Shown here: positions 30,418 through 39,687 of the stretch, piece after piece | Layout of the letters: each line of letters begins with the position of its first letter | How positions within the stretch are numbered: the first letter of the stretch is position 1 | IMG/VR virus record: IMGVR_UViG_3300044624_002142 | Span: 70,429-134,428 of that record | Strand: one strand, 5' to 3' | Length of the DNA: 64,000 bases | Source of the DNA: a virus | The notes under the pieces: model-generated | Told to the model about the DNA's origin: nothing | What the model saw: the letters and a program-made list of their open reading frames with translations, nothing else | Databases searched by the model: none | Made by a program: the position numbers and the translations under genes

Positions 30418-31764
30418 ATGAATGATATTTTTAACGGAGATCAGTTTATTGTGGATATGTTTCATACATTGGAAACGGATACAGTGTCGGAAAAACCATT
30501 TAGATGGTCTGACTGTCATTTTAAAATAATTCCAAAACAGTCAGTTCAAAACATATGCATCAGATTTGTATGCGTTGGTGGAGACAAAAAGTTAATCATA
30601 TTTTATGAGAATAAAACAAAAAATCTAAAATACGAATTGTCGATAAAATCCAGCACAGAATACATTTTGTTTGTTCCGGTATCAAATAAGGATTCTATGT
30701 CGTTTTTTGTAACGCCTAATATTCCAACAACAAATGGTGATACCCGAACGCTAGGTTTGTATGTAAAACAAATATATGTAAGTTCTATACAAAATGATAA
30801 ACTTTTGTTAATGGATACTCTTAATACAGATTTCAATTCATTTGAATCGACAGAACATGGTCATCCAGAAGAAAAAATTATGGTTGATGAACGATCATGT
30901 AAAACACAAAAAGAAAATGTTGAAATTATACCGTTCAATTACAACAAGAAAAATCAATTTTATAATTCTTCATTATTTTTATACAATAATTCGAAATACA
31001 TAATGGCTAGACACTCTACGTGGGTCAACAAAAATGTAATGATGAGTTCATTGAGATTGTTTAAGTACGACGGATTGCGTGAATTGAGTTTGAATATAAC
31101 GGACGATCATGATTATCAACAATATGACGACCCAAGAGTTCTTGTATATGACGATAAACTCTATATAAGTTGTGCTACATATACACACGAAAAACATCAC
31201 ATAGTACATCAAAAGATGTTAGTATTAGACAACAAGTTCAATCACGTTGGTAATATTCATCCTGTATATGGTTACAATGGAAGATCTATAGAGGAAAATA
31301 CGGGAAAAGAAAAGAATTGGACATTTTTTGTTCATTATAACAAACTGATGTGCGTATATAACATTCATCCACATACTGTGGTTGAATTTGATTGGGAAGG
31401 AAATGTGGTTAGTGAATACGTTACTCACTACAAACACAATTGGAAATATGGAAAATTAAGAGGGGGAACTAATCCTATTTTCAAAGATGGATATTATCAT
31501 TCGTTTTTTCATAGTAGCATTCCTTGGAAACACGAACATAGACGCCGATATTTCATGGGACACTATAAGTTTGAATCACATCCTCCATTTAGAATAGTCG
31601 AAATATCCGAAGAGCCTATTCTTTGGGGTAATGAACAAGATGAAAGAATTTTACCAGACATTAGTCCGTTAGTTGTTTTTCCATGCGGAGCAATTTTGGA
31701 AAATAATAAATTTGAGGTTAGCTTTGGATTAAACGATGAAAAAACCGGCGTTATAACATTATGA
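30418..31764 (+). CDS. GH130/beta-propeller glycosidase-like protein with N-terminal beta-sandwich
   Basis: YNSS, DDPRV, EKNWTFF, RGGT, VVFPCGA, SFG.ND. Confidence 0.7.
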   Translation: MNDIFNGDQFIVDMFHTLETDTVSEKPFRWSDCHFKIIPKQSVQNICIRFVCVGGDKKLIIFYENKTKNLKYELSIKSSTEYILFVPVSNKDSMSFFVTPNIPTTNGDTRTLGLYVKQIYVSSIQNDKLLLMDTLNTDFNSFESTEHGHPEEKIMVDERSCKTQKENVEIIPFNYNKKNQFYNSSLFLYNNSKYIMARHSTWVNKNVMMSSLRLFKYDGLRELSLNITDDHDYQQYDDPRVLVYDDKLYISCATYTHEKHHIVHQKMLVLDNKFNHVGNIHPVYGYNGRSIEENTGKEKNWTFFVHYNKLMCVYNIHPHTVVEFDWEGNVVSEYVTHYKHNWKYGKLRGGTNPIFKDGYYHSFFHSSIPWKHEHRRRYFMGHYKFESHPPFRIVEISEEPILWGNEQDERILPDISPLVVFPCGAILENNKFEVSFGLNDEKTGVITL

Positions 31765-32429
31765 ATAATTTGCCAAAAATATTTTGTATTACGTTAAAAG
31801 AAACTCCCGTCCGTAGACAATATGCTGAAAACCATTTCAAAGAACACGGATTGGATGTTACATTTTTTGAAGGCATAAATGCAAAAAACTTTGGACTTAA
31901 TACAGTAATTCCTTATATGGATGATCAGCCTAAATGGAAACCGGGTGATGGTCCCCCATATTACATTACGCAAGGACATGTAGGTTGTATTCTATCACAT
32001 TACATGTTATGGAAAACTATTAGTTATTTGCCAGATGATGAGTATCTTATTATAGAAGATGATGTTGTACTATGTGAAGGATTTAAAGATAAGTTACTAG
32101 ACTACAAATCACGATTGCCAGATGATTGGCAGTATGTTTTTGTGGGACATTGTTGTCTTCCGGATGAACCTTGGCGGTATAAACAAGCTGAGAACATTTA
32201 CACAACATCACATCCACCGTTATGTACACATGCTTACATGATAAAAAAACAATCGGTTAACACACTTATTGAAACTAACAGTGTTGCTTGGACGCATATT
32301 GATATTCAAATACAAAAAAGAACTTTGTGGGATCACAAGTTAAAGTATTATGTTTGTATTCCTCCTTTGGCTGAACAAATATCTATAAATTGGCCTACAG
32401 ATCAAAACTTCAAATCACTAACATCGTGA
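31761..32429 (+). CDS. GT25 family glycosyltransferase
   Basis: CITL....RR, FFEGI, GCILSH..LW, IIEDD, THAY. Confidence 0.85.
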   Translation: MNNLPKIFCITLKETPVRRQYAENHFKEHGLDVTFFEGINAKNFGLNTVIPYMDDQPKWKPGDGPPYYITQGHVGCILSHYMLWKTISYLPDDEYLIIEDDVVLCEGFKDKLLDYKSRLPDDWQYVFVGHCCLPDEPWRYKQAENIYTTSHPPLCTHAYMIKKQSVNTLIETNSVAWTHIDIQIQKRTLWDHKLKYYVCIPPLAEQISINWPTDQNFKSLTS

Positions 32430-33238
32430 AAAATCCAATTTATCATTTCATATTTGGTCTGGATCCAGTTTTTGCTAACAAACCATTTGAGTTTTTTCAT
32501 TATTTGTGTCTAAAGAGTTGTTATATAAGTCAAGATAAACCTCAAATATGGATGCACATAATCCATGAACCTCAAAATAACATCTGGTGGGAAAAGTCCA
32601 AGGAATTTTTTAAGATTATTCGGTATGAAAAATTACCGGATTTATGTTATACTTGTAATGGGTTGGACGTTTATAGACCTGAACATAGATCAGATATATT
32701 TCGACTTCTTCTTTTACAAGAACATGGTGGGGTATACGCTGATATAGACACATTTTTTTATAAACCTTTTTTTCCACATTTTGATAACCAAACTATGGTG
32801 ATGGGTTTAGAAAGTATATATCATGTAGGATGGGATCATTTGGAGGTAACAGGCATATGTAATGCTCTGATTATTGCAGAGAAATCTACGAAGTTTATCG
32901 ATATATGGTTAAACGAATATAAAATTGGATATGATAATTATGATTGGAACGCTTTTTCGGTCAGAAAGCCATATAGTCTATCTCAACAATACAAAGATTT
33001 AATTCACGTTGAACCAGTACATACTTTTCACAAATACAATTGGTGTGAACTTATTTATGACGAAGTAACTTATGAAAACGGGTTTTACTTAAATTATTTG
33101 GCAGACAACGGAATATTTAGCAAACATATATGTGAGTCGAAAATATTTAATCGAATGTCATCATTAACGAATGAAAAATTAAAAACCAGTACCAGTTTGT
33201 TTGCTAGAATGTGTAGAAATATTGATGGATTATTATGA
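32426..33238 (+). CDS. GT32 (DXD) glycosyltransferase
   Basis: HRSDIFRL..L...GGVYADID; GTG start overlapping upstream stop. Confidence 0.8.
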   Translation: MKNPIYHFIFGLDPVFANKPFEFFHYLCLKSCYISQDKPQIWMHIIHEPQNNIWWEKSKEFFKIIRYEKLPDLCYTCNGLDVYRPEHRSDIFRLLLLQEHGGVYADIDTFFYKPFFPHFDNQTMVMGLESIYHVGWDHLEVTGICNALIIAEKSTKFIDIWLNEYKIGYDNYDWNAFSVRKPYSLSQQYKDLIHVEPVHTFHKYNWCELIYDEVTYENGFYLNYLADNGIFSKHICESKIFNRMSSLTNEKLKTSTSLFARMCRNIDGLL

Positions 33239-33825
33239 AAATACAGTTTGAAAACATATATCGTCGTGGAGACTGGATAGATTCATCGGGTGGAACTGAA
33301 AGTGGTCCGGGATCTTGTTTAGAGTGTTCAAAAGAATACTTGACTTTTTTAAAACAGTTTGTACATTATAATAATATCACTTCTATTTTGGATATTGGAT
33401 GTGGTGATTTCAATTTGATGCGACATTTCGATTTTTGTCAGGTTAATTATCTGGGAATTGATCTTGTAGATTTCGTAATTGAAAAAAACCAAATCAATTA
33501 TCAAACAGAATTTTTAAAGTTTGATTGTATTGATATATTGAACGATACAATTGATATAAAAAAGTATGACTTAGTACTGATAAAAGATGTTTTTCAGCAT
33601 CTAAATAATGATACGATTTCAAAAATGTTAGTAAGACTAAATGAATCAAAACGAATATTGATAACGAACGATTATACAACAAAAAATTGTGACTGTTCAA
33701 TCGGAGGATATAGACCATTGAATCTGTCAATTGTCCCATTCAATATTAAAGGAACATGCGTATTTCAATGGGATTCATGTGGATTTTTCAAACAAACTTT
33801 TTTGGTTACGAATTATTGTCTGTGA
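33235..33825 (+). CDS. Class I SAM methyltransferase
   Basis: SGPGS, ILDIGCGD, YLGID, KDVFQHL; similar to 16570-17205. Confidence 0.75.
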   Translation: MKIQFENIYRRGDWIDSSGGTESGPGSCLECSKEYLTFLKQFVHYNNITSILDIGCGDFNLMRHFDFCQVNYLGIDLVDFVIEKNQINYQTEFLKFDCIDILNDTIDIKKYDLVLIKDVFQHLNNDTISKMLVRLNESKRILITNDYTTKNCDCSIGGYRPLNLSIVPFNIKGTCVFQWDSCGFFKQTFLVTNYCL

Positions 33826-34502
33826 CTACCGAAGGTTTGGATATTTTTGTTTTCTTCAAATATCGATTCTTTTGAAAAATGACACGCTAATTCAAATGGA
33901 CAGTATTTAACACCTTGATTTTCATAGAGTTCTCGAGCATAAATAGATATAAAAAAATCTTCATGTGGAACATAAAACGTGTTATCTATACGTTTAGTTT
34001 CACTTAAAAATGGAGTGTTTATGTACTTACTTGATTCAAGAAGTCTTTTACTTCTTAGACTGAATCCACCATTACCTACACGAAGATCATCGTTATCTGT
34101 AGAAACTTCGTTCCATTTATAATCGAAATATCTACAATTGGACCATGGCCAAAATGTGTTTTTGAATGAAACCCACGGAGCACCTATATAGTCATATGAT
34201 AAAAACTTAGGGTTCCAAAGATTTGAGTTATTCACTTTACCATCGTGTTGAACAATTAAACAAAATTCGGTATCAATATGTTTATATAGATCATATATCA
34301 TGAATTGACTATAATCTTGTAAAGATGTTAATTTTCTACACCGTTCGACTTCTATTTTGGAATCAACAATAATATCTTCACTCGTTATCAGTTTTAACTT
34401 TGCAAATTCAATATCTTTGGATGAGTATAACATTGATTTTACGGACTCTTTTATGCGAATCGATGTGACACAAACTAAAGTTATATCTTTTAATTGTATC
34501 AT
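33813..34502 (-). CDS. DUF5672-like putative glycosyltransferase
   Basis: YSQFM, LIVQHDG, YDYIGAPW, VGNGGFSLRS, ED.F, FG.H. Confidence 0.75.
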   Translation of the reverse strand: MIQLKDITLVCVTSIRIKESVKSMLYSSKDIEFAKLKLITSEDIIVDSKIEVERCRKLTSLQDYSQFMIYDLYKHIDTEFCLIVQHDGKVNNSNLWNPKFLSYDYIGAPWVSFKNTFWPWSNCRYFDYKWNEVSTDNDDLRVGNGGFSLRSKRLLESSKYINTPFLSETKRIDNTFYVPHEDFFISIYARELYENQGVKYCPFELACHFSKESIFEENKNIQTFGSHRQ

Positions 34503-35239
34503 ACAAACATTGAATCTACGATTTCGTATTGGTATCCATGGACAAAATCAGTTCCATTGAATTCATGACTAAATTCATGTTCTACCAATTTTGTCCAATC
34601 ACGATCACGTTTATGTCCCCATGTAGATACTTTTTTTAACATTTCTTCTTTTGTACGAACCCACGAAAAATGATGAACCATAATTTCATTTTTATATGTC
34701 ATCGCTCTGAATTTTGTGTTTATTGAATTGTTAAACAATGAAGTTCTATCTTGATACATAACATTTTCAATTTGAAGAGTCTGTCTAAACATTAAAATAG
34801 TAGAATCTTCATGACTTTTTGCACGATATGTTGGCTCTCTGAAATACCAATAACTTAACAACTTAAAATCGGAACCATAAGAAAAGTCTTTGTCGTTTAT
34901 AAATTGTAAAAATAGGTTAGAGTCGATAATTTCGTCCGCATCCATAAACAAAATGTAATCCGAATCAATATTCGACTTTTCTATTGCACATTTTCTTGAG
35001 TATGAACACCAGTGGAAGTTGTAGAGTTTGTTTGGAACATATTCAATGTTTAAAAACTCTACTCCGGGATTTTCTTCGAATGTCTTTTTTAACACTTCTA
35101 TATTCTCTTCGGATCCATCATAGAAATTATATGCAAAAGTAACAATGATGCGGTTAGAAAATGGACGAACTGAATCGATTGACTTTTTGATAAATCGATA
35201 TTCGGTAGTACCATAGTTAATTATTGTGGTTATTGTCAT
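34499..35239 (-). CDS. Putative GT-A glycosyltransferase
   Basis: YILFMDADE, HHFSWVR, KVSTWGH. Confidence 0.6.
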   Translation of the reverse strand: MTITTIINYGTTEYRFIKKSIDSVRPFSNRIIVTFAYNFYDGSEENIEVLKKTFEENPGVEFLNIEYVPNKLYNFHWCSYSRKCAIEKSNIDSDYILFMDADEIIDSNLFLQFINDKDFSYGSDFKLLSYWYFREPTYRAKSHEDSTILMFRQTLQIENVMYQDRTSLFNNSINTKFRAMTYKNEIMVHHFSWVRTKEEMLKKVSTWGHKRDRDWTKLVEHEFSHEFNGTDFVHGYQYEIVDSMFV

Positions 35240-35901
35240 ATATCAGTATGAAAAAATGGAGAATACATAATGGTTGAATGAACATGAGTACTTTGACCCG
35301 GAATACACACTGCTATTTTTCTAAACTTTGACCTAAGTTCAATAAATGTCTGATAGTCCCACCAACCCGTTTTGTTAATATGTTTTTTCCACACATCCGA
35401 ATCTTCAACCAAAATACGTTTTTTACAAGCAAATGTAGCTGTTGTTGAATTTGTATATTTCCAATGACTATGGTCTGTTCTAAACAATATCGTTGACTCT
35501 CCCAAACCTTGTATTTCTGGATTTTTATGTGGATGTTGACCATATTTATCGGGATGATCATATAGAGTAACATACTCCGAATGATTTAACCCTTCATCTA
35601 TTAGTATTGCTGCACCAAAGTTATGTAGATAATCATCTTCAACCAAATAGAGTGTATCGTTTTCATCGAAATGATTGATACAAAACTCTAATTTATCTAA
35701 CATCCATCTTTGTCTACCTCTAACCTTATTTTCAAAGTATGTTGGATTAGTGCTTTTTATATACAAAGAAAATTCTTCACTAAGGTTATCCCCTAAGACA
35801 TATAACTCATGATTCAAAAATACTTTGTTTAAATTGTCATAACAATCTTTTTTGGAATATGACGTATTGGTAACTTCACAAATTGATAAAATGACTTTCA
35901 T
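35236..35901 (-). CDS. Putative GT-A glycosyltransferase
   Basis: LYLVEDDYLH, YVTLYDHPDKY, STT.TFA, PG.STH. Confidence 0.6.
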   Translation of the reverse strand: MKVILSICEVTNTSYSKKDCYDNLNKVFLNHELYVLGDNLSEEFSLYIKSTNPTYFENKVRGRQRWMLDKLEFCINHFDENDTLYLVEDDYLHNFGAAILIDEGLNHSEYVTLYDHPDKYGQHPHKNPEIQGLGESTILFRTDHSHWKYTNSTTATFACKKRILVEDSDVWKKHINKTGWWDYQTFIELRSKFRKIAVCIPGQSTHVHSTIMYSPFFHTDI

Positions 35902-35961
35902 ATTTCATAATATATATTAAAAAAGAATCGTATATAAAAGTTAAGGATCTATTTTTCCTAT

Positions 35962-35969
35962 ATATTTAT
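35962..35969 (+). promoter_or_regulatory. ATATTTAT candidate phage late promoter
   Basis: Same octamer lies 4-10 nt before starts at 35975, 39684, 41670, 46253, 55900, 61395(-); CTATTTAT before 62641. Confidence 0.5.
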
Positions 35970-35974
35970 ACTTT

Positions 35975-37798
35975 ATGACCTATAAAGACTTCTTCAAAGA
36001 ATATAACATGAGTCAGATTTCGGTAGGTGGACAACCATCAATTTCTGGACAATCTGGTACATATGCATCACCAGATGTTACTCAAAACCCCGGTTCTTTT
36101 CCAGCTGACAGTTCAAACGTTAATGTTGTACCTCCTGTAGATCAAGACATTAAGTCCAAAATTGACCCAGAACAGTATAAAAAAGACGTTGAAGACGTTA
36201 AAACTAAGGTCACTCCTGATGATATCATTCAGGGAATGCAATATGAACTCAAGAAACAGATTTATAAGAACAAGATGGTTGCTAAAGAAACAGTTGTTCA
36301 AAATTTGAAAGAAAACCCACGTTATTATCGTGATCTTGGTATGATGGGAATGACTCCTGATATGATGAATGAGTCAACTGAACCATTATTGCTTGAAGAA
36401 GAAGATCTCAATGAAAAGTTGGATCTTCGTGCTGATCGTACAAACAACAAAATTATAGTAATATCCACGTTGGAAAATGCAAGAGAAGCTGGAAATGAAA
36501 CATATCGTAATAAAGATGCGTTAAAAGGAAATGGTTTTAGATGGGATCCAACTATTACTGCGTGGACGATTGACGCTGACAAGTTTGGTGTAGCCACATC
36601 AGTTATTAGATATATCAATTCGGGATACAAGTGGGATGTAAAAAAGAATACATGGATCGCACCAGCTGGGGATTCTAAGTTAGAAGATTTAATTCAAAAG
36701 ATAGAAGATCTTCCTGATTTTGTGATGGGTGATGCTAATATTAGCAGAAGTCAAGAACTTGCCATTAAGATTGAAAACTTCATTAAACAACTTGCAGATG
36801 CGGTTCAAGGAGCATCTACAAGTGGTCAGATTGCAGAATATTTAGCATTTAGTAAGAGATTTAGAAAGTACAGTTTCAATAACACATTGTTAATTTTCAT
36901 TCAAAAACCTAATGCAACTCACGTTGCTGGATTCAATGCGTGGAAAAAGATGGGCGTAACAGTAAACAAAGGTGCTAAGGCTATTTATATTTACGCTCCT
37001 ATTACCAAGAAGGAAGATGATATTAAATCTGGGGATGAAGGACTTGATACCGAAATTACAAAGAAGAATTTAATGTTTTTCAGAGCCGTTCCAGTTTTTG
37101 ACATTAGTGATACGGACGCTGATGAAAAAGGTGTAAGACCACAAAAGCCAGAATGGCATGATCCAAATACTCCAAGCGAAGTTGCGGATAGAATATTTGA
37201 ATATGCATTGGAGTTTTGTAAAGACAAGGGTATCAAGATTACTCATGAAGATGCAAAAGGCGGAGAAATGGGATGGGCAATGGGAGATCACATCAATTTG
37301 ACAAGTAATATAGCAGGTGTTAATAAACTTGCTACGTTAATACATGAAATTGCTCACTCACTATTACATTTTAAAGATAGTTCTGTATTTTTCGGAGATG
37401 AATATACATTGAACTTGACACGGGCTCAAGCCGAACTTCAAGCCGAATCAATTTCATATACAGTATTGAAGAACTATGATCTTCCAGTGACCCACCAAGC
37501 AACATATCTTGCTTTATGGAAAGCTGATAAAGATGCCGTCATTAAGAACATGACTATCATCAAGAAGGTAGCCAATTTTATTATCGATGGTATTGACGCT
37601 GTTGCTAATGATAAACAGAAAGAACAACCAATGAACGAAAATCAAAAGGAGAAGATTGGGGATATTATCCGTGATATGGCCAATCAATCCAAAACACGTG
37701 AACGTGTTGAACAAAAATATGGAAACTTTGAAGCTATTAAGAAGTTGATGGAAGAAAAGTGGGAAGAAAAGAAAAAGAGACGTAATTATGGACTCTAA
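35975..37798 (+). CDS. Polyvalent protein: DUF5661-like + ArdC-N ssDNA-binding + zincin metallopeptidase (MPTase)
   Basis: YSFNNTLLI..Q...ATHVAGFNAWK..G..V.KG; LIHEIAH...AELQAE; N-terminus MTYKDFFKE. Confidence 0.8.
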   Translation: MTYKDFFKEYNMSQISVGGQPSISGQSGTYASPDVTQNPGSFPADSSNVNVVPPVDQDIKSKIDPEQYKKDVEDVKTKVTPDDIIQGMQYELKKQIYKNKMVAKETVVQNLKENPRYYRDLGMMGMTPDMMNESTEPLLLEEEDLNEKLDLRADRTNNKIIVISTLENAREAGNETYRNKDALKGNGFRWDPTITAWTIDADKFGVATSVIRYINSGYKWDVKKNTWIAPAGDSKLEDLIQKIEDLPDFVMGDANISRSQELAIKIENFIKQLADAVQGASTSGQIAEYLAFSKRFRKYSFNNTLLIFIQKPNATHVAGFNAWKKMGVTVNKGAKAIYIYAPITKKEDDIKSGDEGLDTEITKKNLMFFRAVPVFDISDTDADEKGVRPQKPEWHDPNTPSEVADRIFEYALEFCKDKGIKITHEDAKGGEMGWAMGDHINLTSNIAGVNKLATLIHEIAHSLLHFKDSSVFFGDEYTLNLTRAQAELQAESISYTVLKNYDLPVTHQATYLALWKADKDAVIKNMTIIKKVANFIIDGIDAVANDKQKEQPMNENQKEKIGDIIRDMANQSKTRERVEQKYGNFEAIKKLMEEKWEEKKKRRNYGL

Positions 37799-37985
37799 AC
37801 CACCGGGGGATTGGTATATTATCGGTTCCCAAAAGAAAATTCAAGATCCATTGATTGGTCATCCTGCAATGAAAGGTCGTAGATGGCAAATTGATTATGC
37901 ATATCCATCCAATGGTTACAGTAAAATGCAGCAAGCAGAAAGAGAAGCGTCACAACACAAACATAAAGGTAATAACCGACCATGA
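37788..37985 (+). CDS. Hypothetical protein
   Basis: Overlaps both neighbours, co-directional. Confidence 0.45.
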   Translation: MDSKPPGDWYIIGSQKKIQDPLIGHPAMKGRRWQIDYAYPSNGYSKMQQAEREASQHKHKGNNRP

Positions 37986-38608
37986 AGTATAAAGATTTTT
38001 TTATTAACGAAGATGAACAACTTAAAGGTGGAGTTGGTGATGCAACCGCACCTTCAACTGTAAATCCAGCACAACTTGCAATGGGTGTTCAAATTGAAAT
38101 GGAACATACCAATGATGAAAAGATTGCAACCGAAATTGCATTGGATCATTTAACTGAAGATCCTGAATATTATACCAAGTTGGTTGCTTCTGGACTTGCA
38201 AAGGAATTTAAACCCCAAGCTAACTCTGGTTTTGGCGATCCTAAACAAAGTTTTAATGATAAAGCCAGATTAGGAACAGATGTAACATGTACTCCCGGAA
38301 ATAATATTGTGGGAAAAATTGGTACAACTCCACAAGGTCAAGTTAAAGACAGTGAACCGGTTGGTCCAAGTAAAAATGTAAGTGTTGAACTAGATATTGA
38401 CGAACCACAACTCAATGAGTATATTCAGATATTTAGAGAACATCTGTTATCTGAGAAAAACGTACCTACCAACAAAAAACTTTGGGCAAGAGCTAAAGCT
38501 GCTGCTAAACGTAAGTATAAAGTATATCCAAGTGCGTATGCAAATGGATGGGCTGTTAAATGGTATAAAAAACACGGTGGTAGTTGGTATAAATCAAAAA
38601 AGAAATGA
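37982..38608 (+). CDS. DUF5661-like domain plus basic C-terminal module; putative internal head protein
   Basis: LAMGVQIEMEHT...A.EIALDHL.EDP.YY.KL; PTNKKLW...YPSAYANGW..KWYK..GG.W; N-terminus MKYKDFFINE. Confidence 0.7.
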   Translation: MKYKDFFINEDEQLKGGVGDATAPSTVNPAQLAMGVQIEMEHTNDEKIATEIALDHLTEDPEYYTKLVASGLAKEFKPQANSGFGDPKQSFNDKARLGTDVTCTPGNNIVGKIGTTPQGQVKDSEPVGPSKNVSVELDIDEPQLNEYIQIFREHLLSEKNVPTNKKLWARAKAAAKRKYKVYPSAYANGWAVKWYKKHGGSWYKSKKK

Positions 38609-39687
38609 TCAAATTATCTGAAATAGCAAGAGAAATTCTTTCTGGTGGAAATACAAAAAATTTATTTGGATCATTATCAAATAGAGTAACCACCGAAGAA
38701 ATGCATGGTGTATTTGGTGAGTTAAAAAAGAAACTCGCCAAGAAGTTTTCCAGCTTCAATAATACAACCAAGTTGTCAAGTCGTCAAGATCATGGCGATA
38801 TTGATATTGTTGTTGTACCACCAGCCGGACAATCAACAAAAGATATTATAATTAATGCGGTAGGAACCAATATTGTTCGAAATACTGAACCTAATCCTAT
38901 TGTAACATCAAATGGCAATGTATATCAACCAAAACAAATGTACGTTACCACCAATGGTAATATTTTTTCGATTCTTTATCGTCCAGACAAGTTGGATAAA
39001 CAAGTTCATATTGATTTTATTGTTGCAAAAGACGAAGAAGATGCTCGTAACAAACAAGATTATCTAGCATACAACGATTTTTCAGGTATTGTTGGAGTTA
39101 TATCTAGAAAACTTGGATTCAAGTATGGTAGTGACGGTTTCTTTAAGATCTTTGTTGATAAAAAAGGTCAAAACAGATTTATTTTTATCACTAAAAATCT
39201 TCGTGATGCTCAAAAGATTCTTGGATTTCGTAAAGTTGATACCAATTTTTCTAATATTAAGAGTGAAGATGATATTATTGAATATATCAAGACATCTCCA
39301 TTATTTGATATACGTCAATTGAGTGGTGAATTAAATAATGGAGATCGTAAAAAGATGCGTAGTGAACGTCAATCTGCACAATACATTCGTGACCAATTAT
39401 TGCAAAGTGGTCAACGTCGTACAGTGGATGATGATGATTACTTTTTCAAGTCATTGTTTCCTTCTTTATATGATCAAGTGGAAAAAGAAAAACAAAAGTT
39501 AGACACTGATATAATTAATACTGAAAAGTATACTGGTGAATGGATCATAAACACCTTCAATTTGAAGCCAGGCAAGGTTATAGGACAAGTTAAAGACGTT
39601 TTGAACAAAGAGTACGGTGACAACTTGAACAATACACCAGAAGACCAAGTAATTAATACCGTAAAACAATATTTATCAACGATATGA
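38605..39687 (+). CDS. Pol beta-superfamily nucleotidyltransferase-like protein
   Basis: DHGDIDIVV, VHIDFI; C-terminal TG..I...FNLKPG..IG as in CCA/poly(A) polymerase tails. Confidence 0.6.
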   Translation: MIKLSEIAREILSGGNTKNLFGSLSNRVTTEEMHGVFGELKKKLAKKFSSFNNTTKLSSRQDHGDIDIVVVPPAGQSTKDIIINAVGTNIVRNTEPNPIVTSNGNVYQPKQMYVTTNGNIFSILYRPDKLDKQVHIDFIVAKDEEDARNKQDYLAYNDFSGIVGVISRKLGFKYGSDGFFKIFVDKKGQNRFIFITKNLRDAQKILGFRKVDTNFSNIKSEDDIIEYIKTSPLFDIRQLSGELNNGDRKKMRSERQSAQYIRDQLLQSGQRRTVDDDDYFFKSLFPSLYDQVEKEKQKLDTDIINTEKYTGEWIINTFNLKPGKVIGQVKDVLNKEYGDNLNNTPEDQVINTVKQYLSTI

